Source of the DNA: the human T2T-CHM13v2.0 reference genome, Homo sapiens
Length of the DNA stretch: 64,000 nucleotides
Strand: one strand, 5' to 3'
Assembly: GCF_009914755.1 (NCBI RefSeq)
Contig: NC_060928.1
Under the pieces are notes generated by a model. That model was not told the DNA's origin and ran no database searches. It saw nothing but the letters and a program-made list of their open reading frames with translations. The position numbers and the translations under genes are program-made. Positions 27,767 through 42,069 of this stretch are shown here, one piece after another (position 1 is the first letter of the stretch; each line of letters opens with the position of its first letter).

Positions 27767-27886
27767 GGGAGCAGGTACTTGGATCCACAGCAGAGTGTGG
27801 GGCGGGAGGATGTGGGGGAGATGGAAGGGAGAAGGTACTTGGACCCACAGCAGAGTACGGGACGGAAGGATTAGGGGGAGATGGAA
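27767..27886. repeat. 60 bp tandem duplication (2 copies, 52/60 identical)
   Basis: gggagcaggtacttggatccacagcagag... repeated with period 60. Confidence 0.92.
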
Positions 27887-28329
27887 GCAGAGCCAGGGGA
27901 AGGAGGACGTGTCCTCAGACGTGTCACTGGGCATCCTGAGTGGGCCAGCACCAGTCAGAATGGTGCAGAGGCTGCCGTTTGTTCTTGCTCTCCCCTCACC
28001 CCTTCTTTCTGTTCTTTGTTTCGGGGCCCCAGTCTACCTGACTCCTGGCCTCTGTTTCACTTTTGTCCTGTGATTGGGACCCCCTGGTCTGCACTTCAGC
28101 ACAACTTCAGATCTCAGAACCAAAGCTGACCCAAGGCAGGAATTTTCTAGCCCCACTAGTCAGCTGATTGATGAGACTGAGGGGAAGCCGCTAGTGGGTT
28201 CTGGGCAGAAGCAGATTTACAGCTTATGCACCACGGCTCCTCATGTGTGTGAACTTCTTCCAAATCCCTGTACCTAATTTTGTATTCATAACTGTGTATG
28301 TTTTCTTCTTAAAGAGAGATCCCATTTAG

Positions 28330-28692
28330 CATAATCTTCAGAGTCCTACAAAACCTGAGTCTGGCCCTGGCTCTGGTATGTATATTTTTCTCCCTGATAA
28401 AAGTAGGAGACATACAAACAGAACCCACGCCCTTTCTTTCCTGCTTTGGAATGTCCTGACGGGATATGATGTGATGCATGGAGCTGCAGCAGCCACCTTG
28501 TGACGTTGAAGAAAGCCAAGAGCATTGCAGAAGAGCTTGCTTGGGGCATGATATAATTGAGTTGCTGGATTCAGCAATCCTGGAATTGCCTGCCTCCAGA
28601 CTTCTAGTTATGTGGGATAGTAAATCCTTTTTGTTTAAGCCACATTTATCAAATGGGCTGTGATTTATGACCAAGAGCGTCTTAACGGATGC
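28330..28692 (+). mobile_element. MLT1-type MaLR LTR
   Basis: ggagctgcagcagccaccttgtgac and cctccagacttctagttatgtggg...tttgtttaagcca are MLT1 signatures. Confidence 0.75.
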
Positions 28693-29762
28693 CTTGAGGT
28701 CTCCCAGCACTGCGTTTCATCACTCACTGGAAGGCCCTGCATCTTCATGCCGGACGTGTGGCTGCTGAGATACCATGTTTACTTTCACTGAGAGGACTCA
28801 GGGCTGAAGCTGCTTCCCCAGCACCTGTCACACCCTACTGCAGGGGACCAAGACCTTTCTCGCTGGAATTGAGATGGCACCTCATTAGTCATCCAGCATC
28901 TCCATAGTGACCTCTGGCCCTGCACTCCCCTACGTAAGCCTGTTTTCCACCAAGATGCCCGATCACTTCTGCGCTCTTATACTCTCCCTCCCTACCACCC
29001 AGCCTCTCAGCACGGGTGACTTCAGCTAAAGACGACAGAGTAATGACGGATGCAAATAGCCAGCTAAGAAATTACTGATGGCTGTGGATTAACCTTCAGG
29101 GCATATTTGCTTTTAAAAATTCCAAGCAATTCTGCCAGAATTTTATAAACTGAAAAAAGTTCAAACAGTAAGCCCTTTGGTGTGATCTGGAAGGCTGGCG
29201 TTGTGGAATACAGTGAGAGAGGTGACTTGCTTGACCACATATGTGCTCTGTGTGAGGTCCTGAGCAAACCACTCTAAGTGATGATTTGGTGATCCCAACC
29301 TAACCTCACTCCAGGTGACCTCACACTCTGTGATGAAGTGATGAGAAGCATTTTGGATTGTAGAGGAGAGGGCATTAGGGAACAGAGGGACCCTCACCTT
29401 GTAAACCACGTGGCAGAGAAGCCATAGCTGCCTGAGAAGGACCTCGCTGGTCTCTGCTCTGCGCAACTCACACCCCTAACCGAATCTGCTCTCTTCTCAG
29501 TTCCTTGGTGCCAGGTGCTTCTCTCTGTCTGAGAGCACCCAGAAGCCACGCAGTCTTCCTGCATAACACACAACCTGTGTGTTACATGTCACACAACCCC
29601 CATTTTCCCATGCCCATGTCCCGGACTCCCACTCACTTGCCCAGTCAGCCTTCCTGCTGATCATCGCCTGTCCTCATGCCCCGGGGTGACTACTGACAGT
29701 CTTAGGTCTTACACTTGGTTGGCCTCAACCAGCTACTCTCATGTACCCTGGAGCCTGTTCTA

Positions 29763-29825
29763 TTAGGTTGGTGCAAAAGTAATTGTGATTTTTGTCATAC
29801 TGCAATTACTTTTGAACCAAGCTAA
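29763..29825. mobile_element. MADE1 (mariner-derived MITE), internally deleted
   Basis: ttaggttggtgcaaaagtaattg...caattacttttgaaccaagctaa palindrome flanked by TA dinucleotides. Confidence 0.9.
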
Positions 29826-30497
29826 TAATTGCAACCCACCTTCAAATTCCTAAAATAACCCATGCTGTCTTCAGGAATGAACTGTAAACATGACACGACT
29901 GCAGACTCCCCTAAAGGGCAGGGCCTCCCCACCGTGGCCTGATATCACAAGCTGATGCCAGAGCTGGATGAGCTTAGAGTCCAGGCCAACCAGGAGGAGG
30001 CTGTGGAGGTCATTCAGGCATGAGGCAATTAAGGTTTGGACAAAAAATGCATGATATTCTCCTCTGAAAGATCAAATTGGCAAACTGGGGACTCACAGTC
30101 TCGTTTGCCAAACATTTCTCTTGAAGGTGAAAGTTAAGCTGAGCCTCTCCCTGCTTTTGACTGCCCTTGAGCAATTGCTTTGGTTCACAGTAATTGTTCC
30201 ACTTTCAAGCGAACAGGTTACATTGTAAGCCGGGTAATCGAGTTAATGCCCGTTTGTTAAAACACAGCGAGTCTGGAGCCACGAAGTCTAAACCATGACT
30301 CTGGGTTCGCGTCTACAGTTGTGTCTACAAAGTTACCCGATCAAGACTTTTGATTCTCTAAAGAAAGACATAACGCAACAAAAGATGCCTAAGTGAAAAA
30401 ATCTTTTATGTATAAAAACTTGAGTAACTATTATTTAACTTTGGACTGTTTTATAGAATTTGCATAGAGAATAAATTGGCACATATTTCATAATTAC

Positions 30498-30635
30498 CTC
30501 AGTTATGAACCAGCCTTCATCAGCCACTAAAGTCAAAGGAGAGACAAACTTTCCTTTCTTGTAATAGAACCTGCTTGGGATGGCTTCTTTCTCGTAGACA
30601 GTCATGTGTTCCACTGTGCTCAGTTTGTTATATAT
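30498..30635 (-). CDS. ENPP6: ENPP6 coding exon (exon 6), 138 bp
   Basis: Translates [46 protein letters not shown]. Acceptor tttctttgcag, donor gtaatt. Confidence 0.97.
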
Positions 30636-30849
30636 CTGCAAAGAAAATCAAGAGTGATCAGTTTGACACTCTCTTAAATATGTGTGAATATTTACTGGAG
30701 CTAGGGGAGAGGAGAACTTACGTATAAGACCAAAGAAAGAAATTGCCAAATACTTGATAGATTTGAATATGTAAAAACAAAAAACTTTTGTCTGTCTCAA
30801 AAAGCAAGGTGGCTTCATCCAGGAAGGCTGAAGATCCTCACACTCTCTC

Positions 30850-31350
30850 ACCTAAGAAGTTGACTCTGAGGAATAGAGTGAAATCCCTCAAGCCTGTGCA
30901 CCTGTAGCCATGTGGAGGAATGAACCCTGCAAACTGGAACAGCCCAAATGCCCAGCAATAGTGGGGGAGAGAAAGAATTCATGGTGTGGTTCTGCAATGG
31001 AATACTCTACAGCACTGAAGATGAATGAATTATAGCTACAAACACTCCTGGAAGACTCTCAGGGATCTCAGCTTTAGTGGGGGGAAAAGCAAGTTGCTGA
31101 AGAATACAGGCAAAATTATTCCAATTCTATATTTCTTATTATAGTTTGAGCAACTACAAAACTAAACAGCATATATGGTAAAACTGTAAACGGAGGTTTT
31201 AATAATTTAAGACAGTGGTTTCCTCTGAGGGGGCAAAAAGGGGGATTGGGTCTGAGAAGGACATACAGCTGTCCCAGGTAACGGTAATGTCCTATTTCTC
31301 AGGTGTTCTGAGTATAAAGGGTCTGCTGTAACATTACCTTTCACACCTTA
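30850..31350 (+). mobile_element. Ancient L1ME-type 3' fragment
   Basis: aaactggaacagcccaaatgccc and tggaatactctacagcactgaagatgaatgaa. Confidence 0.65.
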
Positions 31351-31605
31351 TTCATTTTCTAATAATGTCAAAACGCCCATGCTCTAATATTATGTCAAAA
31401 CTCCCATGCTGATATTAAAGGGAAAGTAAGAAATTGGTCTACCTGATATTAAATATTGCAAAGATCAAAAAAGAGGATTTGTTCTTCAACTTGACCTAGA
31501 GCCTATCCTGCCTGCATGTGAATCTTTAAAGCACTAGTACTTGTTTGCCATTAACTACATTGCTAATTTCATGATGAAGATGCAAACTTTGTACATACTT
31601 TGTAC

Positions 31606-32087
<482 letters not shown>

Positions 32088-32270
32088 CTGTACATATTTC
32101 TAATAGTAGCAGCCACTTAAATATCTATGGCTAAAATTAAAATCGACTGACTGATATTGACTTGGCCTTTAGCCAAATCAGGCATATATTTCTGGGCATC
32201 ACTGAATATAAGATTGAGTTTATCAACTCAACTCTGTAAAATAATGTAGTGGATGGTTTCTGACGGCTCC

Positions 32271-32921
32271 TGAGTTATGATTTTCTACTTAAGGAAATCC
32301 GGAGTTCTTAAGGAAAGGAGGATGCATTTGCAGAAGGATTTTGTATAAGTGAAAAATCTAGCGACACACAGCAGGTCTCACAAACTGTTGTGTCCGTCAC
32401 ATGACAAACTGTCGCCCAAACATGGCCCCCGCTTTTGAATACTCTACCAACTGCTTTGGCTGCCTGCAATGCCTGACTTGAACAGTACCTTGGAAGGCGC
32501 TCTCCCTAGCTCAAAAGCTGTTGATGCCCAAGTTCTGGAGACAGCACGTTCCTAAGTGCCAAATTGGACACAAGGATGATCTTTCTTGCCAAAAAAAAAA
32601 AGAAAAAAAGAAAAAACCCAGAATGTATTTTCAAGAACCTGCCAATGTGTAAAATATTGTTTCTGATTTCATATTTTGGGAGCTCATGGGAACACTGCAT
32701 AAACATATCCTGCACCTGCAGTCCCTGACCATGGAGCCTGAGAACAAAGGACTGTCCCCCTGGGGATGGAGCAAGGCTGGGAGCAGTGGCATTCTGGGCA
32801 TCTGTGTTCCTCAACCCCAAACAGACAGATCTTATAGGGCAGTAGGCTCCGTGAGTTATGATTTTCTACTTAAGGAAATCCGGAGTTCTTAAGGAAAGGA
32901 GGATGCATTTGCAGAAGGATT
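32271..32921. repeat. Dispersed perfect 70 bp direct repeat (32271-32340 and 32852-32921)
   Basis: tgagttatgattttctacttaaggaaatccggagttcttaaggaaaggaggatgcatttgcagaaggatt is identical in both copies. Confidence 0.95.
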
Positions 32922-33754
32922 GGGCTAAAGAGGTGAGACCCTGGCCTCCACCAGTGCTTCATCCTTACTAATGACTGTCCAGAGTCAACTCATGGCTGCA
33001 GTGAGGATGGAGAGAGAAAGCAGGCTGGCCAGGACCTACTACTGGTACCCTGTGGTTGGCAACCTCCAGGGGCAGCAGGTCGCCTGCCCCCAGGAAGACA
33101 GTTGCTTCCTGCCCAGATCAGTTTCATCTGGGAGTGGGACAAGCCACAAAGCCCATATTGGGAAGTGACTAGGAACTCGGGGGACAAGCAGCCAGCAGAA
33201 GGTGCCACTTGCTCCTCCTCCCTTCTCAGGGTAGGTCACCAGCTACTGCCAGGCAGAATATTTGTTTTGAGAGCAGGGTAAGCAGAGGTCTAGTCATCCC
33301 TGGTGCAGGGCAGTGACTGTGGGGAGCAGAGCTTTGTCCCCCATCTTGGCACTGTGGGAACTCAACCACACCCTCTGGTGGGGATCATCATGGTCACCGA
33401 CACATACATTGTCCTTGCAGTGGGCTCAGCGTGCTTCCATATCCCTCACAGCAGCCAGGAGGCAGCTATGACAGCACCACCATGCTCACGTACAGGGAGG
33501 CAGAGAGGCCAGGGTGGGGAGCTTGTCTGGCTTCCAACTGAACACAGAGCTGGGAACGGTGGCTCCTGACATAAGGAGCTGGGCACTGCATACAGCCTCA
33601 GCTCCCTTCATTCTTTACCCTCTTGTTCCCCGACAGAAACAGATCAGCCTGGCAGAAGCCTCTTTCCTGAGAAAGGGCAGCCTAGGGATGCTGCTGATGC
33701 TCCCCAGATGTGCCTGAGAAGTGCTGCATTTGGGCCAATAACAAAACAGCCCTA

Positions 33755-34102
<348 letters not shown>

Positions 34103-34273
34103 TTAATTCTCATGACATTCAATGGAGTAGGTATCATCATGCCCATTTCAGAGAAGAAAAAACAGAGACTTGATAGAGGTCACTCAGGGAGTGAGAGGTA
34201 AACTAGGTCATCTGTCTCCAGCACCCGAGCTCCTGACACTGCTCTGTATGTCAGTATTAAAACTACAAGGAAA

Positions 34274-34856
<583 letters not shown>

Positions 34857-35579
34857 CTGTGGGGTGGGAAAAGACAGTCATTACGGCACCAACAGAGAGG
34901 CTCGTGCACTCAGAAAACCTTGTCAACTACAAATGATAGGAGAAAGGCTATCTCCTCAGTTCTGTGTTTAATCTTCTACTATTTTGCCCTGGTGAGACCC
35001 AGTTCAAAACCACAACAGAAGCCCTTTGCGGAGGGGACTGTGAGGCTCAGTCCCACTCAATTCGTGCTGACACCTTACACAGCACTTTCAGCTTTTTAAG
35101 GTCGACGCTCTGCATCTTCTCTGGCTCTTTCAACAAATTTGTGTGCTGGTTTGAGAACTATCACGTGCCCATGTTACAGATGTACAGGATAAAGCACAGG
35201 AAGGGAAAGCAAAGGTAAAAACAAAACTGAACACTTGTAGTCATTCAGCAAAAGCGTAAGGTAGAATCAGGACTGGAACCTGTCTACATGTCAAGCTGCT
35301 ACCAAACTTATTAGGAGTCCACAGAGCTGGGTGTCTCTCCAGCTGAGCCAGGCGAGAAGGCACACCTAGGTCAGTCTCTCTCACTGGCCTGGCTGTGGAA
35401 CAAAGGATCACTTGGTATCGCAGGAGGCATTGTGTGAAGCCAAGGGACTCGTCAAAGCCTGTGCTGGCCCAATTGGCCTTTAGCAGTAAGAGGGAAGATG
35501 TTGACAGGAGTGACTGTGGAGGAGACAAACAGAGGGTGACAGAGAGAAGGCCAGGCCACGTGTCTTTGCTTCAGGTCAC

Positions 35580-35721
35580 CTGGATCCACTTGGTCATGTA
35601 CTTCAGGACAGTGTCTACAGCCTTGAGGGCATCTTTCCTCTGCGGAGATGCAGGCCCGTAGTGGTGGCCTTCCACGTCAATGCGCTCATGGTATATGGCT
35701 GCCAGGTCGGCCCGGCCACTC
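35580..35721 (-). CDS. ENPP6: ENPP6 coding exon (exon 4), 142 bp, with DxxGH metal-ligand motif
   Basis: Translates [47 protein letters not shown]. Acceptor tccctccag, donor gtgacc. Confidence 0.97.
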
Positions 35722-37132
35722 CTGGAGGGACAGAGGAGAGAGGCATAGGTGAGGGAGGCCCCCGCCAGCTTGCTCCCTTATCACCCCCATAGCACTCTCT
35801 GAAGGTGTTCACGCCCCCCGAAACCTTGTCCCTGGGCCAGACAAAGCCAATACCCTAAAATAAATGAGGTCAGATCTCCAAGGGAGAAGCACACACTGAA
35901 CCAAGAATTGCTGGTCCTGAGCAATTCTTTGCAATCTTTGAACATAGAATTCGCAGTCTTTGAACATAGTGAAGCTTCCATAAAATCTGTCCTTTGGATA
36001 AGCCTCAGCATTTCATTGCTTTAGGTACGTGCACATTTAGCATTTCAGATGTGCCTGTTCACACAGTATGCCATCTGTTTAGGTGTCCACACTTCCAGAG
36101 TGGGCTTACATGTAGGGAAAAATCCGATTAAACTCAGTGGTGACTTACTATAGTGAGGAGTTTTCATGAATAAAGTTTACCATTGCATTAAAGTTTAACG
36201 AATGAACTAATTCTAGGTCTCTTCATGTTAGATACCTCTCCTTAGTGCAGCACTCCTGTCCTGGTTTCCTTAAGGCTATTACTCTATTCACAAACCTCCA
36301 CATCATCCATTATGTGTGGCAATTTACCTGGTGGCTTTTGGTCAGGAAGCTGTCAACCCCAGATGCTGGGAATCCTGGATTTGTGATGCCTGTGATTCAG
36401 GGATTATACACGTGTCTTTTGTGAAAGGATGATACGTTGACATTTCATTGACTCATTAGGACCCTATGTCTTCAAGGGCTGAGACCCTTTGCCTGTCTGG
36501 AGTTTAGCTGACACATGCTTGCTTGCCAGCTGTTTTCCACAGGGATCTGGTTTCCATCCCAGGTCAGCTCATTTGCAATGAATTGTTTGGGTGAGGAGTG
36601 ACGAGTAGTCATGCCTGCCCACCTACTACTGGCCATTGACAGCTCTAAGGTCCAGGAACCATTCTAGAAGGACATGTGGCCCCCAGCACAGTCACCTGAG
36701 AGCTGCAAGGGGTTCCTAGCCCTGGGGTTTCAGGGACACCTGAGTCTCCCATCACCTTATGATTCTGTCCTGATTTCTTTGCCATGTAAAAAGTTCTTAA
36801 TGTTCTTTCCATTTTTCTTACTAAAGTGGCTGACTGTTAAGAAAAATGATCCAAAACTTAGAAATAAAGCCTACAGTATGATTGCCTGTCTTCTCAGTGC
36901 CATGGTGAGCACTGTCTAATAAGCTTGCTTGAGTCACCAGACTGAACTACTGATTGGAGTTCAGACTCCGGAAACGTAGCTGTTAGCTTGTAGGAAACTG
37001 ATAAGATGAAAATTATTTTTGTCTGATGGAGAAAGCAGCTCTAACATTATGGTTTGATTATCCTCTATATTATTAAGCATATCTGCATCAAACAATAATT
37101 ATCACTCATCATTCTCCATCCTTCTGTTTCTT

Positions 37133-37134
<2 letters not shown>

Positions 37135-37163
<29 letters not shown>
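37135..37163. repeat. (TG)n microsatellite
   Basis: Pure TG run. Confidence 0.95.
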
Positions 37164-37164
<1 letters not shown>

Positions 37165-37424
37165 TCATTTACTCCTTATAAGCAACTTTGTCATGCTCCT
37201 GGTTCCCCTCAGCAAGAAACTATGTTGAACCTTGGCATATTCCTCATACCCAGATGTGCTGAGCATATGACAAGTCTTAATTTTGAAAATTCTCTTTTGA
37301 CAGGGTCATTGGAACTAGACAAATTCGGGATCAAACTCTGGCTTCTCTTCTAACTAACCTCGAGGCCTCAGATAAATGGCAAGATTATCTCCAAGCCTCC
37401 GTTTTCCCATCTGAAAAACCTACT

Positions 37425-37803
37425 TGATATGGTTTGGCTGTGTCCCCACCCAAATCTCATCTTGAATTGTAGCTCCCATGGTCCCCATGTGTTGTGGGAG
37501 GGATCCAGTGGGAGGTGATTGGAGCATGGGGGCTATTCTCATGATATTGCTATTCTCATGATTGTGAGTGAGTTCCCATGAGATCTGATGGTTTTATAAA
37601 GGGATTTCCCCCCTTTTGCTTGGCACTTCTCCTTGTTGCTGCCATGTGAAGAAGGACACGTCTGCTTTCCCTTCTGCCATGATTGTAAGTTTCCTGAGGC
37701 CTCCCCAGCCCTGTAGAACTGGGAGTCAATTAAATCTCTTCCCTTTACAAATTACCCAGTCTTAGGTATGTCTTTATTAGCAGCAAGAGAACGAACTGAT
37801 ACA
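37425..37803 (+). mobile_element. THE1/MST-type solo MaLR LTR inserted in a MIR
   Basis: tgatatggtttggctgtgtccccacccaaatctc...gataca, TG..CA ends, 5 bp TSD ctact at 37420-37424 and 37804-37808. Confidence 0.93.
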
Positions 37804-38769
37804 CTACTCAAAGGGTAACATGGTGTATTAAACAAGCTGATGTGTATAAAGCACTTGACACATAGTAAAAGGGAGGGGAGGGGAAGAAATGCCTCCCATT
37901 TCTCTCCTCCTTCCAGGTGGCCCTAGATCGCTTTTCCTGAGTATGTGGCTGAGCAGGCATGAGGAGCCAGTCTCCTAGCCCCAGCCTGATTCCTGCTCCT
38001 TCTTCCCTGTACTCTACAGGGAGGAGGGTCCAGGCCAGGACAGGGGAGCTGGCTTCCTGGTGGCCCGTGGAAAGAGTTGTGTCATCCATTCCTTCATTAG
38101 TCCAGGCACCACTGAGGCTCTGGGATCCTGAAGGCAGTCCTTTAGAGCTGTCTTCAGTAGCCTGGAGCTTGACAAAGGACCATATCTATACACAGCCTAT
38201 GGCTGTGCCCACTGTTCCGGCAGCCAAGTTGTTTCCTGACTGACACTTTTGTGAAGCTGCACAGTGAGTCTGCTCTACAAGCCTGGAAGCAGTTGTCCGG
38301 CCCACTGTGACCCCCTGCTCTCCTCCACCAACCCCATGAGCCATTCAAGGCTCATTTCAGCTTTAGCACCATGCACCTTTTCCTGCCCACTGAACCACGA
38401 ATATCCTGCAAATCGGACTTCCAGAAGGATGGGAGTAAGTGATGCAGATCACAAACCCTGCTTCCTTTTCAGCCAGGAAAAAGGGCCGTGTGTGGGGGGC
38501 ACTGCCTGCAGACTGCCCATGTGTGGTGGGAGGCACATGGCTCCGGTGCCTGGGCTGCAGGCTGCAGAACCCCAGGCCTTAGGATGGCCCCAAAGAGAAC
38601 ACTTGCAAAGAGGCGCGTCTGGACTCCCTGTCGCTGTCTCAATTTCAGGGTGTCTTAGAGGTGTGAGCTGGCAGAGATCAGGGTAGAGGACTGAGGAGTT
38701 GACCCTGGAGTGGTTCTCAGGCACCGTGTCCCCAAGGCAGGAGGCCTCCAGAGTCTGAGCCCTAAGCCG

Positions 38770-38960
38770 CTGTGGAAAGAGCTGGGCTCTTGCTCCACCA
38801 CTGGCTGGCTTGTGAGGTCCAAGAAGTATTTAACCTTCAGAGAGCCAGTGGCCTCTTTTGTAAGGTGGGGAGAGCAATGCCTACACAATACCACGGACAT
38901 GAGAACCAAGTGGGTTACTGGATATCAAGCCCATTGACACAATACTAGCCAATGGCTGTT
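38770..38960 (+). mobile_element. MIR
   Basis: aagtatttaaccttcagagagccagtggcctcttttgtaaggtgggg resembles the MIR core. Confidence 0.6.
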
Positions 38961-40201
38961 AAAGCACTAATTCCCTTCCCTCCTCCTTTTCCCTATTCTA
39001 GAAGTTGTCCAAATTCAAAGGTAGCATTTCACAAGGATATGTCTGGGGTCAGTAATGCGTTATGAGCACTGGAAGGAATGCCTGAATCAAACTTGGGCGA
39101 GGGATTCTCTTTCCTACCACAGGCTGACATAGATCCTCTGCTGAAATGTCCCTGAGCAGACCTCTATGTTCAAGATCTTAACAGCCTCTCCTGCTTTCTG
39201 TCAAAGCCCATCTATCCTGGGTTCCATTCTCTCTGCCTCTCAAGTTAATAGCAAAGTGGATTAAAAAACACACTCTGTGAGTCTTGTAGTGACTTGGAGA
39301 AATGTGTGTGCATGTTTGGGCACTCATGTATGAAAACTCCAAGTGTTCCTCAAATTATAGTTAGGAATTTGCAGTAGAGCTGAACAGAAGTCAAGAGGTG
39401 AGCTGTGGCATTCTAGACATGCTCCTCTTTCAAGGGTCTCTGATGGACAGACCAATAAGCCTACATCTTTGCTAGACACACATACCAAGAGACTTAATGA
39501 TTCCTTTGAGCCACATGATTGCATGGACAAGCTGCTACAGGCAAAGTGCTCTTGACTGGTCTAGACTGTTCTAGACTGGACATCTTCTTCACTCACCTCA
39601 TTCCTGAAGGAGACAAAGGTTAGATTTCTTTCAAAGAAAAATGTTGACCCACAACTTTCAGGCCTTTATTATTCTTTGTAAGAAGGTGATGAGACATGTT
39701 CTAATAATAACACACAGGTTGGCTGAAGGAGGGGCTTCCTGTGTCTTCAGGGGAGGCCCAAGTCATCTCACTGTCTTCCACAGGCAGTATCATCCAGCCT
39801 ATTATTATTCTTTTCTTTCTCACATGTCAAGAGCTTCCTAGCTTTAGAGGTAGTGGGTCTCCATCTTTCCACCTACTACCCAAAGGGGCTGTTTCTGGTG
39901 GCCCTGTTAACTTTGGCAATATGAAGACCCCATGAGACAATTACACTGACCTGGTTTCCATCCGACCCAGGCCTTCACTGCTTCCAGGGCATCATTCTTA
40001 TTGCAGACCATGTGAATGCCAACCCATGGAGCTCAAGGCCATCTACATAGACCACAATTTAAATACGTGGAGCTGGGCAGTATGGTAATGCCAGGGCACA
40101 TTAGGTGGCAGCCTAGCTGGGGACCCTTTCCTGGGCTTCCGGTTCTTTGTAGCCCTTTCTTCCTGGTGGAACCCAATACCTATGGTAGACACACACTCAT
40201 A

Positions 40202-40235
40202 CACCACCACCACCACCACCACCACCACCACCACC
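40202..40235. repeat. (CAC)n trinucleotide repeat, ~11 units
   Basis: Pure run. Confidence 0.95.
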
Positions 40236-41957
40236 AGAACCTTCCCCATTCCTAAATATTCTCCAAGGTAAAGATGCATTTCTATAGCTTCTCTAGAGGA
40301 AACAGAGCCCAGCACTTATTCCCCGCTGCATGCTGGTGTCTCTCAGGACAGGGAAGTCTGCTTAGACTGGCCGGTGCCAACCTGCACTGGCACTGCTTAG
40401 TAGGCCAGTGCCAACCTGGGATTCTCATGGCTGTGTGCTCTGTGCTCACCCACCTGTGAATCACCGGGTGGTACAGAGTGACAATCCATCAGCTGTTAAG
40501 ATAAGATGAATGCAAAAAGGATGACATTGCCAAACAGACTGTTGGGTTATTTGGAGGTATCTGTATGACAACTCTAACCCGAAATTTCATATTTGGCACA
40601 GCCATGGCCTGTGGGGATGGCTGGCATTCTGGATATGTTGGAAACAGCACTGGTTAGACATGGAGCAATGTCCAAGTGCCAGCCCCACTCATCTGCTACA
40701 CGTGCTGTGCTATTCTGCTTCACTCGCACAAAACTAGACTGCAGCGCAATATACCGGCTCATCCTTGTGTGGTTCTCCAGCACTCACGGGCAATTATTTC
40801 TCCATTTCTATGTGTTTTAAACCTGTTTTCTCTCCGACCTGTCAATGAGAGCATGAACCTTTATGAACCCCACCTCCCTGGACCCTCTTGATAGGTTTCG
40901 TGGAAGTGGAATCATTCTAAGAAGCAGTGAAGGCAGGGTGCTGTTTTCTGCTTTCACAGCTCTGTGGGGGTGGCTGCTGCTCACCATGGCATCGGAAGGG
41001 CGTGGCAAGAAGAAAATCTATGATTGGTCAGCTCTGTATCTGAGGCAGTCTTAGGGACAGGCCCTTTCATGTGGCTCGTGCTAGTGCTCTGTACACTGTG
41101 CCTGGGTATGTTGGTTCTCGGATATGCCCAGCTTGAAACCAGGCTCCTTTTCTTGGGGGGATGAAGGTCCTGTCCCCAGCCTCTTTGCTCTGATTATGGT
41201 GGGTCTTCTGCCTGACGCACACAGGAAACCCATTCAGTGTCCACAGTGACCTCAAGTCCACTCCTGGAAACTCAAAAGCCCCCAGCATCTGTAACCTCTC
41301 GGTTGCTGATCTCTACTTAATGCAAACTCCCACTTGGGCTCCCATCTTGACTTCCACTTCCAGAGATTTCTGAGACTGACTTCAGGCTTTGTCCTGAACT
41401 GTCTTGATCAGTGTCCTTGACAGACTCTTGTGTGCTATACAAGAGAGCATTACTAATTCCTACATTTTTCAAATTGTGTGTCATGGTTCCATGTGGGAGG
41501 GAAAAAACAGATTTTGTGTTCTAATATACCCATGCATTTTGTACATGGGTACAAGAAGGGGGTAGGGTAGGCAATTTTCCCAAACTTATTTGACCACATA
41601 TCCTTCCTTTTTGCCAAATACTGATTAGTACCTTCAGAGACACAATTGTTCACTGACTAATGCTTAGGGAAATGATGACATTTATATTGTTTCTCCGTTG
41701 TTTAACAACATAAAAAAGGAGATTCAAACCCTTAGGGATTTTCCTGCTCTCAATTCAACATTTCCAGAGATTGCCCCTGCCTGAAATCACTTGCTCACAA
41801 TTACTCCCTACTAGCAGTTAACAATCACTATGCAAGACTCTCACCAACTCTCTGACATTATTTCATCTCCACAAAGCCCTCTTAATTCACTTTAGGATCC
41901 ATGATCAGTCCTGGAAACAAGGAAGAAAATGGTGTGGCTAGAGTTTGGGACACTTAC

Positions 41958-42069
41958 TTGAAGGAGTCAAGAGCATCGCTGACTGCATTGGCAAAATTGA
42001 TATCCGTTGGGACATTTTTATATTCTAGGCAGTAGGTGGGTCTGACACCCAGAATCTCAACCTCACAGC
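41958..42069 (-). CDS. ENPP6: ENPP6 coding exon (exon 3), 112 bp
   Basis: Translates (G)[36 protein letters not shown](K). Acceptor ttccttctcag, donor gtaagtg. Phases join the next exon. Confidence 0.96.

Noticed and set aside
37516-37526. Possible DUX4 site in the THE1-type LTR
   Set aside because: The position reads tgattggagca rather than TAATTGAATCA-like, so the motif is degraded.
40016-40255. ORF with a poly-His tract
   Set aside because: It is simply the translation of a (CAC)n microsatellite.
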